64,000 nucleotides of DNA from Anaerolineales bacterium (GCA_018335275.1 JAGXKM010000002.1:12233-76232), one strand, 5' to 3'. Counted from the stretch's first letter, positions 18,209-28,226 are shown. The notes: generated by a model from the letters alone, not told the origin. Made by a program: numbers and translations.

Positions 18209-19333
18209 ATGGAAAGGTTTATGAACAAAGATAAGGAGAATTATTTCAACAGGGGGGACTTTTTAAATCTATCCGGATTGGGTATCGGAGCCTGGACTTT
18301 CTTCCCAACGCTGAAGCAGCTGGGAGATGATTTTCCGGATTCGGAAAGGCTGGGTAGGATATGCACAGAAATTCGCCGGGGCAGGGTGAACCTGCGGAAA
18401 AGGCCTGATTATAATTCAGAAAGTGTGGGGGTTTTATATGAAGATGATGTTGTCATTTGGCTGCGTGAGATTGTTGGATCGCGGAATTCTAGGCCTTATC
18501 GCAATAATCAACGCTGGGTTGAGACACCTGAGGGGTATATTTGGTCAGCAAATGTACAGCCGGTGCGTGATGAAAGAAATGAGCCAGTTAAAAAATTTCT
18601 TGTCCAGGACAAGAATCCAGGGATGTGGGTGGAAGTCACTGTTCCCTATGTGAAAGCCATTTTAGCAAACCCGCCAGCGCGGCATTTTTGGGTTCAGTAC
18701 CGCATCCAAAATCAAATTCCCATCCGATTTTATTACAAGCAAATATTGTGGGTGGACGAGATCAAAGAGGATGATGACGGCGTTGTCTGGTATCGAATCA
18801 ACGAGCGGTTCGGGTCTGAAGGGGATCTTTTTTGGACACCAGCAGAAGCATTTCGCCCTATACAAGAAGAGGAAGTATCGCCCATTCACCCCGACGTTGA
18901 AGATAAGCAGATTGTGGTAAATATTCATCAGAAAAAGCAATATTTATCTTGTTTTGAAGGAGGCACCGAAGTTTATTTTTGCCGGATTTCATCTGGTCGG
19001 GGGAAAAATTCAACACCTGCCACGCAATATGGACACCCTTTTTGGCGGAAAGCAATTTCGTATCACATGGGCGGGAGCACAGATGATGGGATCGGTTGGG
19101 ACACACCAGGCATTGGGTGGACGGCACTTTTCCATGGAGAAGGGGCCGCCATACACTCCACTTTCTGGCACAATAATTTTGGTGAACGCATGTCTCATGG
19201 TTGTGTCAATGTCCGACCTGAAGATGCAAAATGGATTTTCCGTTGGTCCAATCCGCCTGTAGAATACAAAGATGGAAAATTTGATAATGATCAAAGAGCG
19301 AACAGCACGCTTGTCAAAGTTATCGATGAGTAA
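18209..19333 (+). CDS. L,D-transpeptidase (YkuD domain) with an N-terminal export region
   Basis: The C-terminal catalytic motif is 'IHSTFWHNNFGERMSHGCVNVRPEDAKWIF' (H...SHGC[V/I]). There is an N-terminal hydrophobic segment. Confidence 0.8.
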   Translation: MERFMNKDKENYFNRGDFLNLSGLGIGAWTFFPTLKQLGDDFPDSERLGRICTEIRRGRVNLRKRPDYNSESVGVLYEDDVVIWLREIVGSRNSRPYRNNQRWVETPEGYIWSANVQPVRDERNEPVKKFLVQDKNPGMWVEVTVPYVKAILANPPARHFWVQYRIQNQIPIRFYYKQILWVDEIKEDDDGVVWYRINERFGSEGDLFWTPAEAFRPIQEEEVSPIHPDVEDKQIVVNIHQKKQYLSCFEGGTEVYFCRISSGRGKNSTPATQYGHPFWRKAISYHMGGSTDDGIGWDTPGIGWTALFHGEGAAIHSTFWHNNFGERMSHGCVNVRPEDAKWIFRWSNPPVEYKDGKFDNDQRANSTLVKVIDE

Positions 19334-19405
19334 GATTCACATCCCAGTGGTTGTCTTAGAAATAGAAAGCAAACTGACTTATCAAATCGATGGGAGTAAG
19401 CTTTT

Positions 19406-20128
19406 ATGGGCAGCGCGAATATATCGATAGGCCTTTCCTTTTTAGCCGGGCTGGCATCCTTTTTGTCACCCTGTGTATTCCCTTTAGTGCCCGCTTATAT
19501 CAGTTATCTTGGGGGGAGATCTGGGGTTGGAGAATCAGAAGAGGAAAGGGATCGATGGAAGGTTTTTACGCACGGCGTGGCTTTTGTGCTGGGATTCAGT
19601 TTGGTGTTCATTATCTTAGGGGTGGCCACATCTGCATTGGGCACGCTGCTCCAGGAAGCCAGGGAATGGATTGCTAAAATTGGGGGAATGGTGGTGGTCA
19701 TTTTTGGCATTCACATGACAGGTATATGGAAAATTCCCTTTTTACAATATGACTTGAGGAAACAGGCCCGGCCAGATCAAAAAGGTGGGTACATTGCCTC
19801 TCTGTTGATGGGGGTTTTCTTTTCAGCAGGATGGTCACCTTGTGTGGGCCCTGTTTTAGGGGCAATATTGACCCTTTCCATCAGTGGTGGTTCTGTTTTG
19901 GTAGGGGCTAGCTTGCTGGCCGCATATTCTGCAGGATTAGCTATCCCATTTTTAGTTGCAGCATTAGGAATGGGTTGGGTGAGCGAGGTTTTACAGCGAC
20001 ATGGTAAAGCCATGCATTATGTGGAGGTTGTCATGGGGGTCGTCCTAATTGTTGTGGGTATAATGCTGTTTTTAGGCACATTTGAATCCCTGGCTAGATA
20101 TGGAAGTTTTATTACCATAGATTTTTGA
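19406..20128 (+). CDS. ccdA: Cytochrome c biogenesis/thiol-reductant transporter CcdA (DsbD core family)
   Basis: It has six predicted TM helices. The conserved Cys motifs are 'FLSPCVFPLVP' and 'GWSPCVGPVLG'. Confidence 0.87.
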   Translation: MGSANISIGLSFLAGLASFLSPCVFPLVPAYISYLGGRSGVGESEEERDRWKVFTHGVAFVLGFSLVFIILGVATSALGTLLQEAREWIAKIGGMVVVIFGIHMTGIWKIPFLQYDLRKQARPDQKGGYIASLLMGVFFSAGWSPCVGPVLGAILTLSISGGSVLVGASLLAAYSAGLAIPFLVAALGMGWVSEVLQRHGKAMHYVEVVMGVVLIVVGIMLFLGTFESLARYGSFITIDF

Positions 20129-20195
20129 TATATAATCCATCAAGACTCTTTAACAAACTGGTTAAGGGATACCTTCAAGAGAGGAGTGGAACGGC

Positions 20196-21176
20196 GTGTT
20201 AACAGTAACTCTTTACATAAAAGAAGATTGCCACTTGTGCACAGAGGTAATAAACAATTTAGGCAATCTTAAAGAAGAGTTTCCTCACCGATTAGTGGTT
20301 CTGGATATTGAAAAAGAAGATCTCACTCAAAAATATGGAGAAAAGGTCCCTGTCGTTGAGATTGGCCCTTACACCATTAAAGCTCCTGTTAACATAAAGA
20401 CACTGCGGATGACATTAGGGGCGGCACAGGACAGGGCGGATCACTTAGGAAATATCAACGACAAAGCTCATCAGAAAAGGGTTGAGAGAGGTAAAAAAAT
20501 ATCAACCGCTGACCGCTTTTTTTATTGGTTTTCAAACCATTACATGTGGGTCTTTAATTTCTTTGTATTTTTATACGTCGGCTTGGCCTTTTTGGCTCCT
20601 ATTTTAATGAACAGCGGTTTAGAACGTCCCGCTGGTTTTATTTACACCATCTACAGAAGATTTTGCCATCAACTTTCTTTTCGATCCTGGTTTCTTTTTG
20701 GTGAACAAATTGCATATCCCCGCGCCCTGGCAAACGTGCGTGGGTTGATGACCTATGCGGAGGCAACAGGATTTGATCCGGTGAACTTGGAACAGGCACA
20801 ATCTTTTCTTGGCAATGCGATATTGGGGTATAAAACAGCACTCTGCCAGCGAGATGTCGCAATTTACAGTTCTATATTGCTTTTTGGTTTGGTATTTTCA
20901 CTGGCGAAGAAAAAGTTTAAGAGCATTCCGTTTTGGGCCTGGGTGGTTTTTGGCATGGTTCCCATTGGGCTGGATGGAGTTTCCCAATTGATCAGCCAGC
21001 TGCCTTTTGATATATTTACCTATCGAGAGAGCACTCCTTTCCTGAGAACGTTGACAGGTGGTTTGTTTGGTTTGACAACAGCCTGGTTTGGATACCCTTT
21101 AGTAGAAGAAACGATGGAAGATACCAGGAACATCATGGCAAAAAAAATTTCCGCTGTTAAGTCACGGAAACAGTAA
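20196..21176 (+). CDS. Glutaredoxin-like (DUF836-type CxxC) domain fused to a DUF2085 membrane domain
   Basis: The N-terminus 'VTLYIKEDCHLCTEV...PVVEI' is a small Trx/Grx-like domain. The C-terminal multi-TM part has 'FCHQLSFRSW' and 'ALCQRDVAIY', which are typical of DUF2085. Confidence 0.7.
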   Translation: MLTVTLYIKEDCHLCTEVINNLGNLKEEFPHRLVVLDIEKEDLTQKYGEKVPVVEIGPYTIKAPVNIKTLRMTLGAAQDRADHLGNINDKAHQKRVERGKKISTADRFFYWFSNHYMWVFNFFVFLYVGLAFLAPILMNSGLERPAGFIYTIYRRFCHQLSFRSWFLFGEQIAYPRALANVRGLMTYAEATGFDPVNLEQAQSFLGNAILGYKTALCQRDVAIYSSILLFGLVFSLAKKKFKSIPFWAWVVFGMVPIGLDGVSQLISQLPFDIFTYRESTPFLRTLTGGLFGLTTAWFGYPLVEETMEDTRNIMAKKISAVKSRKQ

Positions 21177-21958
21177 TGCCGTATATCGAAAAAGACAGCA
21201 TACGCTATTTCCGGTTCTCTGAATTTGATCCTAAACAGGTCAGGCATGGAATCTTTACCCGCAGCGGGGGTGTCAGCCCCAAGCCTTGGAAATCACTTAA
21301 CTTGGGAGGGACTGTGGGGGATGACCAATCCCGGGTCATGGAGAATAAAAAACGTGTCCTTGAGATATTAAATTGTGAAAGTGGTTCTTTGTTTGAGGTC
21401 CATCAGGTACATAAGGCCCGGGTTCTCGTCGCTGAAGAGCCTCGCGACAGGACGCAAGAAATTCCAAAAGCGGACGCTGTAATCACAAACAATCCTGAAG
21501 TCACATTGTTGATGAGGTTTGCGGATTGTGTCCCCCTTTTATTTTTTGATCAGGGGCAGGAGGTAATCGGATTGGCTCATGCAGGATGGAAGGGAACGCT
21601 GCAAAAAATTGCTTTGAAAACAATCCAATCCATGATGGAGATATATGGGACGAAACCTGAAGAAGTGGTCGCTGGTATTGGACCTTCCATTGGCCCGGAT
21701 CATTATCAGGTTCGCGAGGATGTTATCAAAAAAGTAAAGGCTTCCTTTCCGAATACTTACCCCCACTTGTTACGAGAAGAAGAGGGAACGGTAAGATTAA
21801 ATTTATGGGAGGCGAACCGCCAGGCACTCAGAGAAACCGGGGTGCAGAGAATTGAAGTCGCTGGAATATGCACAGCCTGTCATGTGCGGGATTGGTTTTC
21901 ACATCGCGCAGAACACGGAACCACGGGACGATTTGGAGCTCTTATCACCCTGATCTAA
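21176..21958 (+). CDS. pgeF: YfiH/PgeF-family (DUF152) peptidoglycan editing factor / laccase-domain protein
   Basis: It contains 'HQVHKARV', 'ADAVITN', 'FADCVPL', 'AHAGWKG' and 'CTACH...FSHR'. It has a TAATG overlap with the preceding gene. Confidence 0.87.
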   Translation: MPYIEKDSIRYFRFSEFDPKQVRHGIFTRSGGVSPKPWKSLNLGGTVGDDQSRVMENKKRVLEILNCESGSLFEVHQVHKARVLVAEEPRDRTQEIPKADAVITNNPEVTLLMRFADCVPLLFFDQGQEVIGLAHAGWKGTLQKIALKTIQSMMEIYGTKPEEVVAGIGPSIGPDHYQVREDVIKKVKASFPNTYPHLLREEEGTVRLNLWEANRQALRETGVQRIEVAGICTACHVRDWFSHRAEHGTTGRFGALITLI

Positions 21959-21982
21959 TAAAATCATATAATACTAAACACC

Positions 21983-22687
21983 ATGGATATCTCACAAAAT
22001 TTAACTTATGTTAAGCAGGAGATTAAGAAAACAGCTGGGAATGCAGGAAGGGACCCAGATGAGATTAAGTTGGTGGTAGTGACCAAAGAAAAACCAGCGA
22101 ATGTTGTCAAAGAGGTGCTGGAAGCTGGAGTGAAATCCATTGGGGAGAGTTATCTTCAGGAAGCTGTATTCAAAATGGAACTGCTCTCAGATTTTGGTAT
22201 TGAATGGCATATGATCGGGCACATCCAGGGCAGCAAAGCGAATCGTGTCGCGGCTCTGTTCGATTATATACATTCGGTCGATCGTTTGGAGATAGCGGAT
22301 CAACTGAATCAAGCTGCCCAGGATCTGAACCGCGTTTTACCAGTATTGTTAGAATTCAACCTGAGTGGGGAACCGACAAAATATGGCTGGCGGGCAAAAG
22401 ATGAAAAAGACTGGGAAAGACTTGCTGGAGATCTAGAAACAGTCATGGAAATGTCGAATTTAGAGATAAACGGTTTAATGACCATGGCTCCTTATTATGA
22501 GGACCCGGAAAAAGCAAGACCGATATTCAGGAAATTACGAAAATTGCGAAACTTTTTAAGGGGAAGATTTGAAGAACATGATTTGCCTGAGTTGTCCATG
22601 GGTATGAGTGGAGATTACCATGTGGCAATCGAGGAGGGAGCGACAATTTTACGGATAGGAAGCGCCATTGTGGGGTCGCGTACTTAA
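21983..22687 (+). CDS. yggS: YggS-family pyridoxal-phosphate homeostasis protein
   Basis: It contains 'LVVVTKEKP', 'GESYLQEA', 'WHMIGHIQGSKA', 'SMGMSGDY' and 'LRIGSAI'. Confidence 0.9.
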   Translation: MDISQNLTYVKQEIKKTAGNAGRDPDEIKLVVVTKEKPANVVKEVLEAGVKSIGESYLQEAVFKMELLSDFGIEWHMIGHIQGSKANRVAALFDYIHSVDRLEIADQLNQAAQDLNRVLPVLLEFNLSGEPTKYGWRAKDEKDWERLAGDLETVMEMSNLEINGLMTMAPYYEDPEKARPIFRKLRKLRNFLRGRFEEHDLPELSMGMSGDYHVAIEEGATILRIGSAIVGSRT

Positions 22688-22698
22688 AGGATGAAAAG

Positions 22699-22944
22699 AT
22701 GATTCTTAGGTTGCTGTATATTTTTGAACGAATTATTGTGCTCATGATTTTAGCAAAAGTGATCTTGTCTTATTTTATGGACCCCTTCCACCCCATACGC
22801 AGGACGGTTGATCAGTTGGTAAATCCTTTACTCGACCCCATTCGCAGACTGCTGCCGACTATGGGGGGGATAGATTTTAGCCCGATTATATTGATTATAT
22901 TAATTCAATTAGTTTTTTCACTCCTCAGAAATATTTTGATATAA
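22699..22944 (+). CDS. yggT: YggT-family membrane protein
   Basis: It is an 81-aa two-TM protein with 'LLDPIRRLLP..GGIDFSPII'. It shows conserved synteny with yggS. Confidence 0.78.
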   Translation: MILRLLYIFERIIVLMILAKVILSYFMDPFHPIRRTVDQLVNPLLDPIRRLLPTMGGIDFSPIILIILIQLVFSLLRNILI

Positions 22945-22981
22945 TGTGAAAAATTTGGAACTCTTTTAGTGAGGAGTGGGT

Positions 22982-23287
22982 ATGAAACGCAGGGATGTCA
23001 GGCTCCACAATGGTGAGGGAGGATCTGCTTTAGCGATTCGACTGATCCGGTCCCGGGGGAAAAACCAGGTTAGTAAAGTTTTGGATGATGGAACGGTAGA
23101 GGTCAAGTTGGCGTTTAAGGGCTCAAACCACAATGAGGAGTTGAAAAATTTTCTTTCTCAAATTTTGGACATCCCAAATGAACGCATCAATGTCATTGCG
23201 GGGAAAAAGAAAAGTGAAAAACTCGTTTCAATTATTGATGTGGAACCCCAAGAAGTACAAAAAGAAATCCTGAAAAATATCTCATAA
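22982..23287 (+). CDS. DUF167 (YggU) family protein
   Basis: 'ALAIRL...GKN......DGTVEVKLAF...NEELKNFLSQILDIPNERINVIAGKKKSEK' fits the DUF167 pattern. The ATG at 22982 follows GAGGAG. Confidence 0.75.
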   Translation: MKRRDVRLHNGEGGSALAIRLIRSRGKNQVSKVLDDGTVEVKLAFKGSNHNEELKNFLSQILDIPNERINVIAGKKKSEKLVSIIDVEPQEVQKEILKNIS

Positions 23288-23368
23288 TTCTTAAGATTTT
23301 TACTATTTAAAAATTAGTTTTCGTATAGTGACCTTGGCGAGGTCAAACGTTAAAAACTTTTAGAGGTG

Positions 23369-25858
23369 TTAATTTTGCTCTGTGGACTCCCGTTTGGGGA
23401 TGTCCATTCCGGTCAAAGAAAGATGCCATACCGTATTGGCGGCTGTCCTTTGGATTTCTTCGTTATCTCCCCATAAGCAGTTATAGATATCGGGAAAAAC
23501 GCTTCCAAAACCCTTCATTTTGATGTAATACAGCGCTGTAAATTTTTGCTCAATACTGCCAGTCGATAAAATATCCAATAACATTTGATATTTGTCTTGT
23601 GTGGAATTAAGTTCGATGTCATGTTCGCTGGCATATGATTTCAGCAAGGGTACCTCATGGATGGGGTGAAGAGGAGAAGGGGTGAAGGGAGAAGTACCCC
23701 GTAATGTTTCAAAGGCTTCTTGAGCTGCGTCTCTGACTACCCACTCATCTTCTTCAATCCTCATTTCTTCTAAGATGTCCATGGACCATTTTTCTTCTAT
23801 CCGTTTTAATCCATAAACAGAAGCATAACGGACATTAAGGTTGTCAAATTCGATCGCATCTTTTATGGTTGGATAACCTTCATGGGGGTGATTGGCTAAA
23901 GCCTCTGCTGCTGCGCGGCGGAGATTTCCATCACCAGTCAATAAAGCATGAGCTACAGATTCAAGCGCTTGAGGCGTGGCGATATTTACCAGAGCCAGAC
24001 ATGCTGCCTGACCAATTTCTTTTTGATCATCCAGAAGATTTATGATGGATTCGACAGATTTTGTATCCTGTAAATACCCACAACCTAAGACGGCTACACG
24101 TCGAACATCCGCATTGGGGGAGGATAAGAGATAACGGAATATGCTTAACGTTTTATCATCCCCCGAGGTTGCCAGGAGAACAGCAAGGCGCTGTTTAGTT
24201 TCCAGGAGTGGATTTTCCGAGATCTCTTTGGTTATGTATTTCAGAAGATAGTCTTTTGATTTTGAATCATCGGGTAAAAAGGGTAAAAGCTGGCCGAATT
24301 TGAGGAGGCTTTTTTGGAGAAAATTATCCTTCTTGTGAAGAGATCTGAGGTCTGTCGCCAGGGGAGCCATATCTGCGACTGCACTGGCAAAGCGGAAGGC
24401 TTCACTAGAGTGGATCCAATTTGGGATCTGAAATACATCATGGATAGTTTCATAATCCAAGCTTGAACATGCTTTGCTGGCAATATATCCGGCAATCGAA
24501 GGGTGGGTAAACCGGTACCATTTGCCATTCCCCAGTTTCAATATATCCTTTTCAAGGCAGGTGGATAGGATATCTCTGAGCGAATTTTGAGAATGGGCGG
24601 GTTCGATTTCTAATTGGTTTCCTATTGATTTGAGCCACTGATGGATGTGTTCGCGCGTGAACGTGATCTCTCCCTCTCTGATCGCTGAGAAAGCAATTTT
24701 TTGCAAATCAGGAAGATCCTTTTCGGGCAGGTTGGGTATCAAACGGCGGAGATAGGCTTCGATGGCGTGACTCGAATTGGGCCCCCGGGCATCACCTGCG
24801 TAAGCGGACCAGACTTGGAGAGTGAATGCTAAAGGGGTTGAATGTTTTGTATCCTGAAATAACCAGTTGTTTATTAGCAAGGGGTCCACAAATTTGTCTG
24901 CTTGTCTGTGAGATTTTGGATTTTGGGAGCCCGGAGCATGATGTTTTAACCATATCTTCCCCCAGTTTTTAGCGAAAAGTGTTTTTTCTTTGGTTCCCCA
25001 GGTTGAGATTGTCAAAGGCTGGAGGTCTGTTTCCAGTAACCCATCAATATACTGCGCTGAAAGGGTGGTAACTAATCTCAGCCAGGGAAACTGATCTGAT
25101 ACCGTTTGGATGAAATGGATGACCCGCGTGAAGCCCTGTCGGGGAATTTGATCTAAATTATCAATCAGCAAGAAAACCCGTTGCTCAAGAAAGAGGTTTT
25201 GAATGACGTTCTCTAGCGATACGGTTTTCAAGTAAAGGGGATTCGAGGTCAATGTTTTATAGATCGTGTCTATAGACTCCTCACCAGGAAGGTAAGTCAA
25301 AAGATCAATGGCGTCAAGAAGGATTGGAACTGTGTTAGAAAACGCGTCTATGTCTCTTCTGGCCAAGCGCGAGGCAAGATGGGAAAGGGCTACGGTTTTA
25401 CCGCTCCCGGGTTTGCCCATAATCGCTATGTTAACGCCATTCATCAGCGCTTCTTCCAAGCTGATCGTCGGGGATCCATATTCAGAAGCAAACTCAGGCG
25501 TGTCAGGTGTATATGGGATGGCCTGCTGAATGGAATTCAGATCCGGATAAGTCCCCTCTGAAGATAACTGATAGGGAGGGGGTAAGAAACAGGGCGGGAT
25601 GAGGATTTCATCCAGGGCACAAAAGGAAGAAGATAGATGTTGGGCTTGGGCGTGTTGAAGGGTCTTTTGGCGTAAATTTACTTCCGTGTTAGAGGTCAAT
25701 TTTTCACGGATTTTAAGTATTTGGTTTTTAGCCCATTTTATTAATTCAGACAAGCGCGGTTTAGTTTTTTGAAATAGAAACCAAGCAATACTCGCGGTCA
25801 GAACGCCCAGCCAAAAAGATGCGAAGTCAAGATAGATTCGAGGTGGGAACTGAAACAT
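23369..25858 (-). CDS. Membrane-anchored NACHT-type STAND P-loop NTPase with C-terminal HEAT/PBS-lyase-like repeats
   Basis: It has an N-terminal TM helix, Walker A 'IMGKPGSGKTV' and Walker B 'VFLLIDNLDQ'. The C-terminal repeated helical units 'NADVRRVAVLGCGYL', 'NLRRAAAEALANH' and 'NVRYASVYGLKRI' are typical of HEAT_2 repeats. Confidence 0.75.
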   Translation of the reverse strand: MFQFPPRIYLDFASFWLGVLTASIAWFLFQKTKPRLSELIKWAKNQILKIREKLTSNTEVNLRQKTLQHAQAQHLSSSFCALDEILIPPCFLPPPYQLSSEGTYPDLNSIQQAIPYTPDTPEFASEYGSPTISLEEALMNGVNIAIMGKPGSGKTVALSHLASRLARRDIDAFSNTVPILLDAIDLLTYLPGEESIDTIYKTLTSNPLYLKTVSLENVIQNLFLEQRVFLLIDNLDQIPRQGFTRVIHFIQTVSDQFPWLRLVTTLSAQYIDGLLETDLQPLTISTWGTKEKTLFAKNWGKIWLKHHAPGSQNPKSHRQADKFVDPLLINNWLFQDTKHSTPLAFTLQVWSAYAGDARGPNSSHAIEAYLRRLIPNLPEKDLPDLQKIAFSAIREGEITFTREHIHQWLKSIGNQLEIEPAHSQNSLRDILSTCLEKDILKLGNGKWYRFTHPSIAGYIASKACSSLDYETIHDVFQIPNWIHSSEAFRFASAVADMAPLATDLRSLHKKDNFLQKSLLKFGQLLPFLPDDSKSKDYLLKYITKEISENPLLETKQRLAVLLATSGDDKTLSIFRYLLSSPNADVRRVAVLGCGYLQDTKSVESIINLLDDQKEIGQAACLALVNIATPQALESVAHALLTGDGNLRRAAAEALANHPHEGYPTIKDAIEFDNLNVRYASVYGLKRIEEKWSMDILEEMRIEEDEWVVRDAAQEAFETLRGTSPFTPSPLHPIHEVPLLKSYASEHDIELNSTQDKYQMLLDILSTGSIEQKFTALYYIKMKGFGSVFPDIYNCLWGDNEEIQRTAANTVWHLSLTGMDIPKRESTEQN

Positions 25859-25872
25859 GAAACGCTACCCTT

Positions 25873-26574
25873 CTATTCAGCGTGTAAGATGCGCTGACAG
25901 GTTTTACAATTCGTGAGTTGGCTCGCGGATCGAGCTTTTTGATATACAGCGGAAGGAATTTGTGTGCCGCATGCAGAACAACTCTGCTCATTGGTCTTTG
26001 CGACAGCAATACCGCCCAGGGTTTGCCTGAGACCTTCATACAACTCTAAATCTTCCTCAGGGATCCCTTCTAGAGCATTTTTCCTTTCAGCTTTCAAAGC
26101 CTCAATATCGTTTTCTAATTTCGATTTCTCTTGGTTTAACTCCACATGCAGCTTTTTTCTATTTTCTTTGACTTTTCTCAGAGCTTCAAGCGCTTCTTTG
26201 TGTGCAGTTTGGTATTGATCTACGACAATCATAGCTTCTAATTGACGCTCTTCCAGCACAGCCAGGTATCGTTCTAATGATTCAGCTTCTAATTGCAGGT
26301 CTTCTAATTCTTTCGGATTTGTTATTTTTCCGCTGTAAAGTTTTTCTTTGTTTTGGGCAATCTTGCGCTCTTGGTCCCTGACCTCTCTTTCTGCCCTTTG
26401 AAGAATTTTCTTTTTTTCTTCTAACTCAAGGCGGGTATTCTTTTCTTTTTTTTGAGCTCTTTTTAATTCTTCGTCATCAGCCAGGATGGATTCAATATCT
26501 GAGATGCGCTTATGGGCTGTGTCGATAGCTGTGTCAATCTTCTGAAGTTTGAATAATTTTTTCGAACGGCTCAT
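25873..26574 (-). CDS. COG1579/DUF164-type coiled-coil protein with a C-terminal C4 zinc ribbon
   Basis: It has a long heptad-rich coiled coil and then 'CSACGTQIP...CKTCQRIL'. The ATG at 26574 is preferred over the track start at 26703. It stops 14 nt before the NACHT gene start. Confidence 0.75.
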   Translation of the reverse strand: MSRSKKLFKLQKIDTAIDTAHKRISDIESILADDEELKRAQKKEKNTRLELEEKKKILQRAEREVRDQERKIAQNKEKLYSGKITNPKELEDLQLEAESLERYLAVLEERQLEAMIVVDQYQTAHKEALEALRKVKENRKKLHVELNQEKSKLENDIEALKAERKNALEGIPEEDLELYEGLRQTLGGIAVAKTNEQSCSACGTQIPSAVYQKARSASQLTNCKTCQRILHAE

Positions 26575-26684
26575 ATCGTGGCATGTCCTCAGAGATTCCG
26601 GGATTTGGTGGGGCTTGATTGGAATTATAGATGTGGAAACGATTGAAGGCAAGGGGAAGATGGAAAACCTGATAAAATAACAAC

Positions 26685-28226
26685 ATGCACCTATCCTCAA
26701 CAAAAAAGGTTTATCTTGTTGTAAGTATCCTGGTCCTTGTCATGGTGACGGTCCCTTACCTATACGCCTATTTTCAAGGAGGGGATGCTTATCAATTTGG
26801 TGGTTTTTTATTAAACCCCATGGACGGGAATTCCTATTTGGCGAAAATGCGCCAGGGAAGGAACGGCAGCTGGAAGTTTACCCTGCCTTATACAGCAAAT
26901 CCAGGAAAAGGGGCTTATTTATTTTTGTTTTATATCAGTCTGGGGCACCTGGCACGCTTGATGCAAATTCCTCTCCTCATCATGTTTCATGGAGTTAAAT
27001 TTATTGGAACAGCGCTGATGCTTATCTCTATGGCACGTTTTTTTGACCAAGGGCTGGAATCGACCCGGCTAAAACAAAGCGCTTTTTCTTTAGCAGCGAT
27101 CGGATCAGGATTGGGCTGGATAGCCATACCCTGGGGTTTGTTTACGGCAGATTTCTGGGTGGCAGAAGCTTATCCGTTCCTTTCTTCATATGCAAACCCT
27201 CATTTCCCTCTTGGTTTGGCGATCTTGATGGATTTAATTCAACCAGCTGAGAAGCGTCGGATCTCTGTCATGGGAATTTTGACCGCGTTATTGGCATTGA
27301 TATTACCTTTTGGCGTGGTCATCCTTATCCTCTTGCATGGGGTGTTAGTGCTGGACGATTTATTTTCAGAACCTTATCAAAAAATCGCTGATGTTTTTAA
27401 AACAAAACACATGAAGGATGTTGGGGTTATCGGGGGAATTGGACTGCCGATTTTGGTTTATGAGTGGTGGGTGACGAACGCTGACCCCGTGCTTTCGTTG
27501 TGGAATGAACAAAATTTAACGCCCTCTCCTCCTTTGTGGGATACGTTACTATCTTTTTCACCTGCACTAATTTTGGCTATCTGGGGAATACGGAAAGCTT
27601 GGGGATCGAAAAAAGCGAAACCCTTAGCCTATTGGGGGATATTAGGCGCTGTGTTGATGTATTTTCCATGGTCTTTGCAGAGGCGGTTTATGCTTGGTTA
27701 TTATATCCCCATAGCCGGCCTGGCTGTTTTAGGCATAGAACGTATCTCGAAGCAACTTGCGCTTCGTTTTACATCAATGATGATTGCCCTGATGATATTT
27801 GCGGTGCCCACAAATGCCATTGTGATTCTATCAGGTGCGCAGGCCGTAAAACAACGGTCACCACAGATTTTTTTGGCACAAAATGAGTTTCAGGCGTTGG
27901 AGTGGGTGGAAAAAAACGCTCAAGATGCTGATGTTTTCTTATCATCCCCCAGCACTGGATTGTATATCCCTGCCTATACGGGAAGGAAAGTATATTATGG
28001 GCACCCCTTTGAAACGACCGAAGCGGAAGAAAAGAGAGGTAAAGCGGAAGGTTTTTTTAAAGAGCCCTGGACAAGTGATCAACGCAAGTCATTTCTGGTT
28101 GAAAATGAGATAGATTATGTTTTTTACGGCCCCCGAGAAAAAAAATTAGGAGCGGTGAAAGATTTAGCGTACCTGGAAGTTGTATATGATCAGGGTGGCA
28201 TTAAGATATATGAAGTGGATCATTGA
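26685..28226 (+). CDS. Polytopic membrane protein, type A of the duplicated pair (GT-C-like, function unknown)
   Basis: It has more than 10 predicted TM segments and the N-terminal motif 'DGNSYLAKMRQG'. It has a soluble C-terminal domain 'IDYVFYGPREKKLG...IKIYEV'. It is paralogous to 30369-31976. Confidence 0.6.
   Translation: MHLSSTKKVYLVVSILVLVMVTVPYLYAYFQGGDAYQFGGFLLNPMDGNSYLAKMRQGRNGSWKFTLPYTANPGKGAYLFLFYISLGHLARLMQIPLLIMFHGVKFIGTALMLISMARFFDQGLESTRLKQSAFSLAAIGSGLGWIAIPWGLFTADFWVAEAYPFLSSYANPHFPLGLAILMDLIQPAEKRRISVMGILTALLALILPFGVVILILLHGVLVLDDLFSEPYQKIADVFKTKHMKDVGVIGGIGLPILVYEWWVTNADPVLSLWNEQNLTPSPPLWDTLLSFSPALILAIWGIRKAWGSKKAKPLAYWGILGAVLMYFPWSLQRRFMLGYYIPIAGLAVLGIERISKQLALRFTSMMIALMIFAVPTNAIVILSGAQAVKQRSPQIFLAQNEFQALEWVEKNAQDADVFLSSPSTGLYIPAYTGRKVYYGHPFETTEAEEKRGKAEGFFKEPWTSDQRKSFLVENEIDYVFYGPREKKLGAVKDLAYLEVVYDQGGIKIYEVDH

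Noticed and set aside
19390-19677. A 95-aa ORF overlapping the ccdA start in another frame.
   Set aside because: The ccdA frame carries the conserved CcdA motifs. The alternative frame is Gly/Arg/Trp-rich with no motif.
23329-23345. A hairpin TGACCT-tggcg-AGGTCA between the convergent DUF167 and NACHT genes, considered as a bidirectional terminator.
   Set aside because: It has only a 6-bp stem and no adjacent U-tract on either strand. That is too weak to call.
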